The position numbers and the translations under genes are program-made. Source: Balanoglossus misakiensis (taxonomy: Eukaryota > Animalia > Hemichordata). Taken from it: DNA of 64,000 nucleotides. This document shows, in pieces, positions 51,085 to 64,000 of the stretch (its first letter is position 1; every line of letters starts with the position of its first letter). The stretch spans positions 5,686,831 to 5,750,830 of the forward strand of contig CM082578.2 of the NCBI GenBank assembly GCA_040954595.2, given 5' to 3'. The notes beneath the pieces are model-generated. The model saw nothing but the letters and a program-made list of their open reading frames with translations. It did not search any database and was not told where the DNA came from.

Positions 51085-53857
51085 ATTAAGGAGAATGAAA
51101 TGGCCCCATCTTCCACCTGAGAAATAAGAATAAAAACAGATTTGGATTGTGTGCGGCTGCATGTTTTGCTAATGACCAAAGTCTTGTCAATGCACACACT
51201 ATACACCAATATATGATACGCCGTCCGTCTGACATGACGCGTACTTCATCCAAGAGTGATTTTCTCCAAATGTATAATCGATAACGGCTTCGGAAATACA
51301 GAGTTACTCACAAGAGATTATTAACGAAAGTGATATAGCAGTAACACTGTTCAGATATCTTTAAAATGGAAAAAGCCAAAACAGAGATGATGTGGCAGCG
51401 ACAAGAAAAAGTAATTTAGCTAGAGGTCAACAAAAGGCTAAAGACACTGACACTCCCTGATTGTATACTTTTGCAGTTTCATCGTTAATCATTTATGCCA
51501 GAAGTATTACCAGTAAATTCACACAGGTTGCAGAGCTGTTTCGTTGACAACAGTGTGGTCATTTGATATATTCCAATATTTGTTTACAAGGACGACCCTA
51601 TAGGATTTACTGACAATGCTTATTTTCCTACTTCATACACACATACTCATGTTCATATCAACGCAATCAGTACCAATTAAAATATGTAGTTGGTATGCGG
51701 GATCATCACAATAGTGAAAGATGCATAGAAAGATGGACTAGTATACACTCATATTAATTTGGCGAGTGGATGAAAACTGAGTATAGCGGCGCCAGCATTT
51801 CACTGTGAATAATGCATAAACCGTATCATGTGAAGTTTACCTGGAGCCAGTTGCAGGATACACATCTCTGATTAGAAGAGGAGATTACGGAGAAGCATCC
51901 GCGAATCGTTCTCTTATTAACGGTTGATGTACGACCAATCTGGTTCTACTTGTCATTCTGTCAAAGGTACTCTTTACCTGGATTGTCCGTGGCTCGGGTG
52001 TTTTCTGAACACACAAAAATCTGAATAAAGTCGAGACTCCGATTGACGAGCTGAGGACTCACATTAGACCCTTACGAATGCTGACACTGCCCTGCTTTAC
52101 GATATCCGTCACCACTACCATCACCCCCCACTGTGTACAGGAATACGAATTAATACACGACGAACCGTTAATGATATTTTGTGGTTAAGGGTGAGAAAAA
52201 AAATAAGTAACAATTAAAGATTAGCGTTCGAATCTCTTGAATTGAATAAAATAATTATGATCACACACAACCATTTCAATAATCATAGATCAAATATACA
52301 CTATTTATCTTCGATGCGTATATCACAGTTTCTTCTCCATAATAAAAAAGGCGATTACGTAGTTTTTACGAAAGCGAAATCTAAAGAGATCTAGGGTCAG
52401 ACGGCCGTGGAAAATAGCATTCTCCGTAAGAAGACGAGTATATACTGCTTAAAGCTTTACAATGTGTAAAAACATGCACGGCATGTTAATGGTCGACCAG
52501 CAGACCTCATTTGAGTTACACTTTTGGATTCTTTGACAAATACATACAGTGTGATTCTCTCTACTTTTCCTTCAAATACTAATGATACTCATTCCACACA
52601 GACTAGTGTAGAATGAACAGTGAACTTAGAGAAGTTTATTGTATTTAAACCATACTCAAAGCCGCTAGAGCTGCCACTTTTCACATTATTGTCATGATTT
52701 TATTTTCCAACTTAGATTGGTACATCGAAATAAGCTAATTGATAGATATACATGTCCATGAACATCTCATCGACGATTTGAACATGCCATATATTAAACG
52801 TGTGTCGCACCCATTAAATCAGTACGCATCTATCGTGGTATGCGTCGCCATAGAGATGACAAACTGATGCAAATACAAGAAATATGGTTCAATGGTGAGG
52901 AATATAGGGAATATATTTTAAGTATATTATTGTGGAAAAATATGTGAAATTTGGCAGCTCTTTAACGAAGCGCGTTTATTGTGTGAAATTCTCGTTTTGC
53001 AATGTACTAAAAACGACCTATCGCCCGAAAATACCCCGAGCTGCGTTTTCACCATGCCGGCATACTAAAAAGTGCGAAACCTAACATGCTCCCTTTGCTA
53101 ACTCTTTGATGGCACTAGACGTTTATCTAAGCAATTATCAGAAAATGATCCGCTTATTTTCTCGTGTTACTAGTGCTTTTAGGCTACTACATGATTGTAC
53201 CATTTTGTGAAACCTATACCAGGCTCAGACAGGGAAAACAGAGCATTGAAGCTGTTTCAGAACCATATACTCCATCCACACGTGTTTTTTTAAGACGGTA
53301 TCTGATCTGAAACGCTTCAGAACCGTCTTAATGTTGTGTGTGACCCCCATACTAGACTGTTTTCAGTTTCTCTTGATGGTGAAACAAAAAAGAGATATTC
53401 AAAAGTGTTAGGAAAAAGATTTCTTGTCAATTTGTTAATCACTTATAGTTCAACATTTAAACAGAAATACTGTTGCTGTGTAATAAAAGAGGTGAACATA
53501 GGGAATAACGCTCGGACTGACGGGAATTAACAGCATCGAGAATGCGAACTATAAGACCAGACGTTCGGATAATGACGGCTGAAAAAGGTCGCTTAGAAGG
53601 ACGCAGTCCCAATGTACAAAACACAATTTCCGTGCAATGCATGCTGATCTATAAGGCCTGTCCTAAGTTTCAGTCTGTTGTTCGCCACCAATTTCTCTCA
53701 AGAAGAGAATATAATTATGATGCCTAAACACAACCTTTCATAATACACCCACGTGAAAACATTTCCATCGAAACGCATGCACTCTGTGTACATTTCAAAA
53801 GGCCATGTGTCCAATATTACATGTATTAACAATGCGATACTTTGAGTTTGCTGTATT

Positions 53858-53927
53858 GAGAGAGAGACAGAGAGACAGAGAAAGAGAGAGAAAGAGAGAG
53901 AAAGAGAGAGTGAAAGAGAGAGAGAGA
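53858..53927. repeat. (GA)n-rich simple repeat
   Basis: gagagagacagagagacagagaaagagagag run. Confidence 0.9.
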
Positions 53928-56900
53928 GGGCGGAGTATTGACAATATTTTTCACATTTACAATTGCCTGCATGTGACCAGCTGGCGTATACTCGACAAGC
54001 CCACATACATTTGTACATGTAGTGAATAGACACGCGTAACAGCCTATACACGCGAACACTTCAAATACTAGTCTCCCAGTCACCACTGCACACTATACAC
54101 GTATGTCACTTAAGCTGCCATCTCATCTTTCAGGCCTGTCACAATATAGACGGAGTCCATAACAAGAAAGTGGCATCATTACACCTTGTTGCCGCGATCC
54201 CACCCCCAGCACACCGACTCTCGAAGACTCACACCACAATACCGCCAATCACCACTATTATCAACCTCTCCCCTCAACACGAAACTTCTTCTATTGAAAC
54301 TGATATTGTGAAACCACTTCGCATGATCCCGCATTCTCAAGAACCACAGGCCAATTTCCAGATCCCTTTCATCTTGAAACTGCTGCCATATGATCCAATG
54401 AATGATAATATCTCTATACAAGACCCCATTTCTTTTAACCCTGCAATAGGCCCTACATGTGATACTTCTCTCGATCGCTTGTCCACTTTGGGCACACAAG
54501 ATTTCGCCTTGAATTGAGTATCATCATATGTCACAAACATTGTCAACGGCCATTTCTCATCAGAAACGATATACTACAAACCGGCGCACCTAAAGCGTTT
54601 GAGAACTCAGACCACTTTTATTGTCGCTCTTCACATCTATACTCGGTAAATAAATTCGTCAACATAACCTGAAATTTCACCGAAATGCTTATTCGCCTGT
54701 TTTATGTTTTTGTTCTTGGTGGTGAACAACACCATGACTCCGGTCATATTAGAACATATTAAATATTGGCTACAGATTGTATTTAAATAAAGAATATTAA
54801 CCATAATAAATATTATCAAGCATGCACCACTATTAGTAATTGTGTCATTGTTTTACCTGAAATTATGAGCAACTATTTTCTACCGGGTAAGTACGTAATA
54901 CGTTCACTTTTCGCTGTATGGCCGGAACTGCGTTTGAAATTTGGTTTAACGTTGCTGCTATCTTCTGATTCAAGATAACTCGTTAAAATGCCAAGTCAGA
55001 CACATTTTGTTTGGTTATGGATAAATAACACCTAGTTATGACGCAAGGGTCAAAAGTCGCCCATTAAAATCACGCTGAAGTAGACTGTAATCGTACATAA
55101 TACAGGCTTTCTAATATCAGAAGTGTCAGATCCCCATCGCTCCATCTCTTTAAAGTCCCCTGCTGGCCTATATGGATGTACATGCTATAAAACGTTGATG
55201 GTATCATTTTCATATCGACGTAATTGAAGAATCGATTTTCTGAAAACGTTTGCAGACTCTGACGTCGCAATTCGCACACCACAAACCGTTTATATTACCC
55301 TAGTATAGATGGCTATGAAGGTTTGACCGTCGACAACGCATACATACAAGAAATAACATTTGATTTTCTTTCGGCAGATTGTTTTTCAAAATATTAGTGG
55401 GGGAGTTAATTGTACGAATTGTTCATGCTTTGTACGAAAAAGCATCTCATTTTGACATTGGCGTTTTTAACTATAAGTTGTATGATCCAAGTTGTAAAAT
55501 AAGCGACTGTGGCACATTTTGGAAAACAAAAAAGTTCTTTAGGGATATAAATATGTGATGGAGAGACGCGTATGCCACGTTTGATTGATACCATGTTACA
55601 TTCTCGTCAAAAATACTCATATCGCACTGTTGTATAAATCAAATTTCGTGCAATAACATCTAAATATGGTAGTTTATGATATACCAGCCTTACGCATATT
55701 TCCAATATAAGTCACCACCTGTATACGTATAACTCATTTTTTGAGTGTTCTGTTATAAAACTAAGACACTTGCACGACTAGGAATACCCATACTGGTCTT
55801 TTTGTAGACTCTATAAAATGTTTCTCCAGAGTCGGTAAAAAGCTCTAGTTTGCTTTTGGACGTTTCATTGCATCTGCACCATATAAACGCGTTCCAAGCA
55901 TTCTATGCTTCGTTATCGATTCGCCATTTCGATCGAGCGGTCTGCCAAATGCTTTCTTTAGATATCAGTCGATCTCACACACAACAACCGGCATGATGGT
56001 AAGAAACCTTCATTTTTTGATATGGCTATATATCCCTTTCAAACATTATCAGGGCTGTGAGATACAGGCATGATACTCCGTCTATCGCTAAATGGTATCG
56101 ACCCTTTATCACATCACACCACAGGGCAGCCGGACAGCCATTCTCGTTAGCCATAATGTTCGTGTGACCTGAACGGCACTTTTTAGTGTGTACTGTTTAT
56201 TTCGCAGCGGGACTGATCATTTCGGTTATTAATGACTGCGTTTGCGTTATCTCCACAAGCGTAAGGATAATTAAATTAGGAACGGGCTGCAACATAACAA
56301 CGTAATGTAATATTATCCCCCGATGCATTAGTTTTATCGCCCTGTGCATCAGAAATATGAATAAATGCCACTCTGTATGTTTACTCGAACAACTGCATGA
56401 ATAGTATGACGCATGGCACGAAAGTGTTTACCGCTACAGTTCCAAACTTTATCTTGCCCGGGGAGGCAGATCACGGAGCGAGAAAGACAGCATTAATTGC
56501 GTACCTATCTTGACGGATACTAAAAAGGGCTATTCAATTCGTACGACAAATCACTTTCCCCGCAGTCTTCAACGGCAGTTTCTCCCGCATGCAGTTGGAC
56601 AATCGTTTTCCCATGGGAGTCCCTGGAACTTACTGCGTGTTTGATAAATGACGTAAACCAATGTGCAGGAAATATAACGACAACTACCCGCATGATACAA
56701 AGCGCGTATAGCCAAATCGATACCTGCCCTAAAGACACATACAAGTATAAATCTCTTCTGGTCGTTTTAAAGTTTATCACTTCATCAGCTCGTTGCCATG
56801 CCGCAGCATCATTAATTACTTTCACTATTTATAGTCACCTGTATTTCACTTTATGGCTGAATAACAAAACGGAGTCTGCCTCAAATCGGAAGTCGAATCA

Positions 56901-59900
56901 CGCCATAAGTGCAACATACACGTTAAATGTTTTACTACCGAAACTAATGGAATAAATACCACTAGCAAGATAGTTTTAAGGCCAAGAAGGATTACAATGC
57001 ATGGGTCAACTGTGAACGAACATACACGATATCTTAATACAACCTTATGGGCTTTAACATAATGCGTGGAGTACATTTGGCTGGGTAAGAAATCAACGCG
57101 TTTTCATTTCAGGTTTGCAAAGTGAATGATGTCAGATCCACATTCACTACATGCTATTGGTGCGCTTACTACGTGTGCCTGAAAAAACATAGCTCTATAA
57201 ACATGTGTAGCTCTATATTCGGTTTCTAACATGTACATGTGCATTGTATAACATTTATGAAGTCATGTCCCAGTGAATATTGCTGAGAAAAAAATAACGA
57301 GCTTGAAAGTCTAGGTTTTTGAGCCTAATGAGTGTTCGCCGAAGGGTGGGACCAGGATGTTTTATTGCATAAGAGGGGAACATTTATCAACATGCCTTGG
57401 AGTCATTGAAACATATACTTATATTTTAAATACCGTGTTTTAGAAAAAGCTGGACCTACACCTATTTTGTGTAGACCGCACACCTTCGACTTCAGGCTTT
57501 GAAAGAATTTGAGTAACATTTACTATAATTCTTTGTTTTCAAAGAAGTCGAACTCTAATCGGCACACTAAGGCCATATGGTGGTTCACAATGTCCGTCAG
57601 GGGCGAGGTCTTTGACGTGTTACTGGTATATATTATACAGCATAAAATGTGATCCAACAAAGTACAAACTTGTACGTCAAACTTCTGTCTTTTGCTTGCG
57701 TTTCGTGTCATGACGCTTCTTATAACAGTTGAACAAAAGCAAAGTCCTGTAAAAGAAAGTTCCGTTTTTTTGTTTTAACAAGAATGCAAATGTTTCATTG
57801 CATAACATGGCGCGCACAAAGCTGTAACCTAAATGTTCCAATTGAAGTTGTGTGTTTTCTTGGAAGACGACGTCCTTATGTAACAGCGAAGCATAAATCA
57901 TTCAGGCATGACCAAACATGATCGTAATTGTATCAAAGTCGGAGTCTCAGCGCAGCTTCACAAGTAAATCGTAACGTTTGCTGTCTGTCTGGGTAGAATG
58001 CATCTCTCGAGATGAGTCCATTCACGTTTCAAAGAAAAAAAAGCAGTCCGCCAGAGCTGTATAATTAACCCGTTTTTTTTACAACGTAACAAATCGAGGG
58101 GTGATGATGCCCTCCTATTCCGTCGGCAAACGACAGAAAGCTTGGGAAAAATAATACGCGACAAAAAAGCCTTCAGTTTTATCAGAGCTAAAGAAGATTA
58201 ACAAAAACATGATATCCAACCGAGGTTTTGTTTCTATAGTTGATGAGACTTGCCTAGGGCGGATAATCCAAGCCATCTGTTCCTCTGTGAGGAAGTATTT
58301 CTTACAAGTGGTGGTATATACCACTTGTACATGAACTTGCCATTTCCGCGGGCGTTCAATAAAATGGCAGCCATGTATCGTCGAACACGCGCCACGTTTT
58401 ATGTTAAGGTGAATTTCTACAGCGTGCTTCTTTTTCGTTTCCTGTAGGTGGATGTGTCTATAAAATAATTTAATACCATTTAAGTATCGCAAGGACATAA
58501 AACAGGAAGCGTATTAAATGTCGAGGTGTATTTATTTGTTTGTTTATATCTTTTCAATATGTAAGAACCTGGAGCAAACAGCCGCAAACGTTTGAGCAAC
58601 AACCAATAGCATTAGATGACGACTCAGACCCGTGGAGTGATTAACATCTTTTCACTTTGGCGGCAAACAACAGCGGTAAGATTTTCATCTCCGCTCCAAG
58701 ACGTCCTTAAATCTTCCTCACGATGTCGGTTTTCTGGGAATTGATAGACAACGGAACTATCGATGTGAAAGCTATGCTGAAATTTGCTGCTGTTATCTTA
58801 AAAGTTAAACGTAGCGGCAAATGTTCAAGTCAACGATAAAGCTGTGATTGTGAACTCGTATACGGAAGCTTTTTGTACTTGCTGGCGTCATAAGAGTACT
58901 TAATGATTCAGTCGTGTACATATATGTTACTATTCAGTCACCATATCACTGTCAGATTGCATCTCTAGTCATGATAACAGTGTCATCTTCTCAACCACCC
59001 ATACCCTTAGATTCACAACAATAACCTTTTTTCCAAGACGATAACTAAACGAGGATATTTGCCTATAAAAGGCAGATCGTGGTTACGATTATATGGGCAA
59101 TGCTCTTATACTTGACCAAATGTCGCTCGCGTGTTACTATACCATCTGGACAATGTTGACGCTGTATTGAATTGCAGGCTGTTGCTGACATTTGTCAGTG
59201 GACGCATAACCGTGCCCCGATTTTTGCGAACATGAAAGGGTGGTGCCCGAGTTAAATCCCGTATACAGGACATTAATGTGTAGTTAGAAGTGCATATTCC
59301 CCCATGCTGCCGTGACTTGCCGTACAAAAAGTCTTTGTTTACCCGTGGGTAAATTGAATAACATGGACACTTTCCTGGCTTGTACTTCCTGCCCACGGCT
59401 TTAAACAGATAAAATGGACGTGTCTACAAAAAACAATACGAGGGAAAGGATTCGGAAAAAATGCCCTCGTCGGTAAATTGAATACCCCGATAATTATATG
59501 ATGACGTAATAAGTCTGGAATATATGGTGTTATATCACGTATCATTTTACAGAACCTGTTACAGATACGAAGTCGAAGTCCGTACATTCCGAGGCGTACA
59601 TTTTGACATGTGTGAAATAAACTGGCACCGCAACATAACACACAGGAATAAATACTGCTTTATTAACATTTATGTGTTATAACTGCTTGGAGAGTGTGTT
59701 TCTCCGATTGGCGAATATGATTATTCTTATTGAAGATTATTGCTTATACAATGTAGAACAGTACAATAATAAACGACGTGCAATATACGTTTGCACTAAA
59801 TATTCCACAACATATACTGTCTGAAAGGATTAAACATGAATGCGGCTATAAGTACCACATACGGATCACCAGAGAAATGCCATCTTCTTGGCATGGCTGA

Positions 59901-61899
59901 CTTTCCGCTGATGATTGCAACATAGATACAACAGATGTTAAAGTTGCATTCTACTACTTTGACAATGACTGTATTGCACTGATAGTTTGCTGCATACCCC
60001 GATGACATGCTTTCCTGTGGGCATTATAATATGAATAGTTAAATTGCACCCCGCGTATGAATTGTACGGAATATCACAAACATATCAAACAGATGACATT
60101 CAACGGGATGAATGGCACGTTTGAAGATCACGAATAAAATAACCTCCGTCATATAAACGTCTGGTCTGAACAGCGAGGGCAACATCACGATTTGAAGCCT
60201 TTGCCTACTTCGAACTCAGATAACTTTGAGGATACTGCGCTGTTGGTTGCGATTTTGGTCTGTTTACTGCCCGTTTGCAGTAAACTATCGTCCATTTGAA
60301 CATGTGATAAGCCTCTGTGTCGCTTTGAAGCCATAGATGCGGGAGTTGACTGATCGTGCAGGAAGCCATTGAACGGCAGTTTGTTATGCGCAGAAGTCGT
60401 GCGCAGAACACTTAAACAATAATCCAGCGGGCAATATCACTGCATGCGCACGCGACAGGGCTTTATCAACTCTTGCCATGTTATATCACCTTTTTTTCTA
60501 TATCACTAGCATGTCGGTTAAACTCTTGACTATGGTCACCGATCCACTACAGTGAAAAGATACTTTGCGGGAAATGTGTCTTCATATTCGAATTAAAAAT
60601 ACCTGGCGAGTATCTATCGGATCCTCGACTGTTTACTAACTAAAGGGACCTACATGTAAACCGCCAATTAATTAATAAAGCTTAGCATCTCGGTTATTTA
60701 CAAATGGTTCATAGCTTATGACATGCACATCCTAATAACATATCTGTTAACTGTCAGAAAAACTCGGCATTCCCCAAGGCCGTCACACCCACCAGGGAAT
60801 ACACATGTACGTGGTGCTCATAGACCGAACAATGACCCGATAGCGATTGTGTTTTATAACGGTTCATGCTCAAGATACGAGACTCCTACACCATGGACGA
60901 TTCCCAGAATTGGTCGAAGGACGCTTATTTTTATATCGCTAATCACGAATGTGTCCAACTAAATTACGCTTTGCAAGTTGAATGACATATACTTGGCGCC
61001 TCTTGACGCTTTCTAGGATAGTCATTAGGATAACGACGGTCTTTTCGCTAATGAAAGGAAAGTCTTTTTGTCTGGACCGTCGATAAACACAGATTCAGCT
61101 ATTGACATTCGTGCACCCCATGCGCGGGTCGCACCCTGGCAAGAACGAGTAACCGGTCATGCTACCGACAATTGAGCTGACGACTACTCCTCTGGGGAGG
61201 TATATACTGTAAACATTTTGTTTTCGAATATCGTGACACTTTCTGATCAATTTTGGCACCCATGACCATGGATTGTCTTATAATGTCTATGATTTCCAGA
61301 TAATTACTGTAACACGAGATGATTCGTGTACTTGACCAGAAACCAGAGTAACAGCACACGACTGTTGACCGCTCCACAACCAAAATGGCACACATCATAC
61401 AAGCCTACATCGTGTCGAACCAGCAGCGTTCACCCGTTGGACTCATTCAACTAGGAATCGCAGTAACCTCTTCTCCTGCATAACACGTTACATTAACGTA
61501 ACATGAACTGCTTAGATGACGTCATGATTATTCAACTGACTGCAAGTAATTTCAGGCGAGTGCACGATGGGTATTTGGCTTTGAGATTCAATGTCAAGCT
61601 TATAAATGCAAGACATCACAGGAAAATGCAATTTAAAAATAACTCTCGTCTTAATGGGGGATTAGTTATTCAATTTAGGAGAGACACAGTCAGAGTTTAA
61701 TCGTATTAAAAGTGAACGAATGGGGCTGGAAATGCAGCTCCTGTAACGCATAATTCAATTTCTGAAAGGGAAAGTAGCTGTAACCGTTGGTTATTAGTTC
61801 ACTAGTCTACAACAGTCACAGTCTCTTGTTCTATATCCACCTCAGTATGATCGTCACCAAAGTATATGCCTGCATGTAAAGTGAACTTTTACTGCTGAT

Positions 61900-61900
<1 letters not shown>

Positions 61901-61942
<42 letters not shown>

Positions 61943-64000
61943 TTATTTATTTAATTATATCAGAGAAAAAAAGGAAAACAAAGCAAGGGAAGTCAAAGAC
62001 ACAAAAACAAAAGGAAGGTGAGGGCAAAGAGCAAAAAACAATTCAAAAACAAGAACAACTATTGTCATAATCGAGAATCTGAAGACATCACAGTGGCAGG
62101 ATTACTTTCCATTTATCGTGAAAAAGATTGATTTTTCCATTTTTCTTTGCAATATTTTTTTCTGAGACTACAATACTTGTAACTTTTTCAATGAAAACAG
62201 TAAGAGACGGTTTCTCATTTAAAAATCGAATTGCATATAAATGGTACTTGGCTACAATTAATAAATGGTTTAATAGTGAGTTTCTGTTTTGAGGAAGGAC
62301 ACCAAAAAGGACATCTCGACATGATAGTGTGATTATTTGATTTGTTTTAAACTGGTAGAATTTTTGAAAGGTGGCCCAAAATTTTCTGGCTTCGCTACAT
62401 TCCCAGAATAAATGCTCTATAGTTTCTTGTAAATTACAGTGTTGACAGCTATCACTGTCTTTTATTTTATTATTCATTAAAAAAAGGTTTGTAGCTAGTA
62501 TTCGGTGATTAATTTTAAATTGAAAAACTCGCAATTTAACCTCTTTTGTGGTTTCATATGGCAGTTTCCATATTTTTGTCCAGTTTACGTTTTGCGCATA
62601 ATTCATTTTAGAGTACTTTTTTTCTGAAGTTGGTGGGAGAAACTTTTTTTGCTTAAACATCTCGTAGAATTCCTTTGTGGTGCCTGTTCGAATTGGGTTT
62701 TTTTCAAGGTATTCTTGTGTATTTTCATCAGTTGCTGGAATGAAACTTCCATTTCTCAATAATTCCTTCCATTTTCTTGGTATTGATGAGATAACGCCAC
62801 TATATGTTATAAAATCTACATTGACATTAAACTTTTCCTTAAACTCCTGCCAGGGGAGTGGAGCACCAGTGACATCAAAGAAATCGCTTATGTACTTAAT
62901 ACCCTGTTGGAACCATTTCTTATAGAATATGGTGTTCCCATCGACAGTAACATATTTGTTATTCCATATGAATTGTGACGCGACCTCCTGGGCTGTATGA
63001 ATTTCCACGTTTTTCAGTTCCGAAAAATATGTCAAAATATTCGAGTAAAACATTGGGATTTTAAAAGGAATGCGTTTGACGTCATAATTACTGTTTAGTA
63101 GAAATCTGAGGCCCCCCAATCTTTGAAAGTATAAATTTGGTATTAGCTTCCATGGGGAATCATTTTCTAAAAGTTGCTTCAAATAAGACAATTTAAGTGC
63201 CTTATTCATTTCCAAAACGTCAATCATATTCAGTCCCCCTTTATCTAAATCCCCCATAATTGTAACATTTTTTATATGAGTTTTCTTATTTTTCCAAAGA
63301 AATTTGAAAAGTATTGAGTTTGCTTCTTTTACAAAACTTTCAGGAACAGAAATTGCTTTCATAACGTATACTAATTGTGAAATTCCAAAGCATTTTGAAA
63401 GAAGTACTCTTCCCTCTATTGTCAGATTTCTACCTTTCCATATGTCTAATTTATCTCTAAGTTTTCTTAAAATATTCCAGCAATTAAGTTTCTCATTTTG
63501 AAATGTGTCGTGGCCAATGTACACTCCGAGCAATTTGAGTGGTGATTTACTATCGGACAAAAGTGGCGGAAGATCACCGGAGTATTTCCACAGACGTTTC
63601 GTTGGCCCTACTAAAGGTAATTCTGTTTTATTGTAGTTTATTTCTAACCCTGAACAATTCGTAAATTCCTTTAATAATTGAATGCTTGTTTTAATGTCTG
63701 CTATACCATTTAGGAATAAAGTTGTGTCATCTGCAAAACCTGAAATTTTCTTTTTGTTGTTTGGGGTAAGAGTAATTCCATCAATATCCTCCGAATTCCT
63801 TACGGCTATTGCCAGCAACTCAATTGATATTACGAATAATGCTGTCGACAGGGGGCATCCCTGTCTTATCCCACGTTCTAATTCAAACCAACCCGTTGAA
63901 AAACCATTGTTTACGACACAGCTCTGTACTTTTGTATAGAAAACTTTGACCCATTTACAGAAATTTTGACCAAAACCGAATAATTGTAGTGCCTTGTGCA
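61901..64000 (-). mobile_element. Non-LTR retrotransposon (L1/Tx1 clade), 3' portion; continues past the window edge
   Basis: 40-nt poly(A) tail (T run 61901-61940) preceded by AATAAA-containing (TAAA)n, a ~147-nt 3' UTR, and ORF2 with RT and C-terminal CCHC motifs. Confidence 0.95.
62088..63998 (-). CDS. LINE ORF2 (reverse transcriptase plus zf-RVT), partial
   Basis: Frame open from the window edge for 637 codons including the stop: RGIRQGCPLS, GFADDTT, SGLEINYNKT, LLGVYIG, LTIEGRVLLSK, GGLNMID, CQHC...ETIEHLFWEC. Confidence 0.93.
   Translation of the reverse strand, partial: HKALQLFGFGQNFCKWVKVFYTKVQSCVVNNGFSTGWFELERGIRQGCPLSTALFVISIELLAIAVRNSEDIDGITLTPNNKKKISGFADDTTLFLNGIADIKTSIQLLKEFTNCSGLEINYNKTELPLVGPTKRLWKYSGDLPPLLSDSKSPLKLLGVYIGHDTFQNEKLNCWNILRKLRDKLDIWKGRNLTIEGRVLLSKCFGISQLVYVMKAISVPESFVKEANSILFKFLWKNKKTHIKNVTIMGDLDKGGLNMIDVLEMNKALKLSYLKQLLENDSPWKLIPNLYFQRLGGLRFLLNSNYDVKRIPFKIPMFYSNILTYFSELKNVEIHTAQEVASQFIWNNKYVTVDGNTIFYKKWFQQGIKYISDFFDVTGAPLPWQEFKEKFNVNVDFITYSGVISSIPRKWKELLRNGSFIPATDENTQEYLEKNPIRTGTTKEFYEMFKQKKFLPPTSEKKYSKMNYAQNVNWTKIWKLPYETTKEVKLRVFQFKINHRILATNLFLMNNKIKDSDSCQHCNLQETIEHLFWECSEARKFWATFQKFYQFKTNQIITLSCRDVLFGVLPQNRNSLLNHLLIVAKYHLYAIRFLNEKPSLTVFIEKVTSIVVSEKNIAKKNGKINLFHDKWKVILPL

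Noticed and set aside
53290-53331. 42-bp hairpin bounded by TTAA containing ctga and gaaac
   Set aside because: Lacks hammerhead topology and is too short to classify as a MITE.
54170-54517. 115-aa ORF containing IINLS, reminiscent of Penelope N-termini
   Set aside because: The expected downstream KGLxFxP motif and any RT sequence are absent.

Overview
Eukaryotic, intron-containing, AT-rich animal DNA; gene content and repeats suggest a marine invertebrate deuterostome, which is inference only. By following splice sites and reading frame I assembled three host genes: a 4-exon CTHRC1-like gene (minus strand, 3725-6131) that has almost no collagen repeat, a divergent 11-exon membrane-anchored CLCA gene (plus, 9648-20343, 1018 aa), and a rhodopsin-class GPCR with an intronless CDS (plus, 35019-36125). 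The 3' part of an uninterrupted L1/Tx1-clade LINE runs off the right edge. The most unusual object is a 2.1-kb TA-flanked foldback in CLCA intron 1 (10839-12960). Its ~600-bp inverted arms are two copies of the 3' end of a DD37E Tc1/mariner-type transposase, and its centre holds the 5' ends of that transposase and of a divergent SAM-domain gene, implying a two-gene parent transposon. Also seen: an apparently perfect 363-bp tandem duplication in the CLCA promoter, RFX X-boxes upstream of the GPCR, palindromic MITEs, microsatellites, and weak traces of a cryptic minus-strand PH-like gene near 50.7-52.1 kb. All family calls come from motif recognition; no searches were run.
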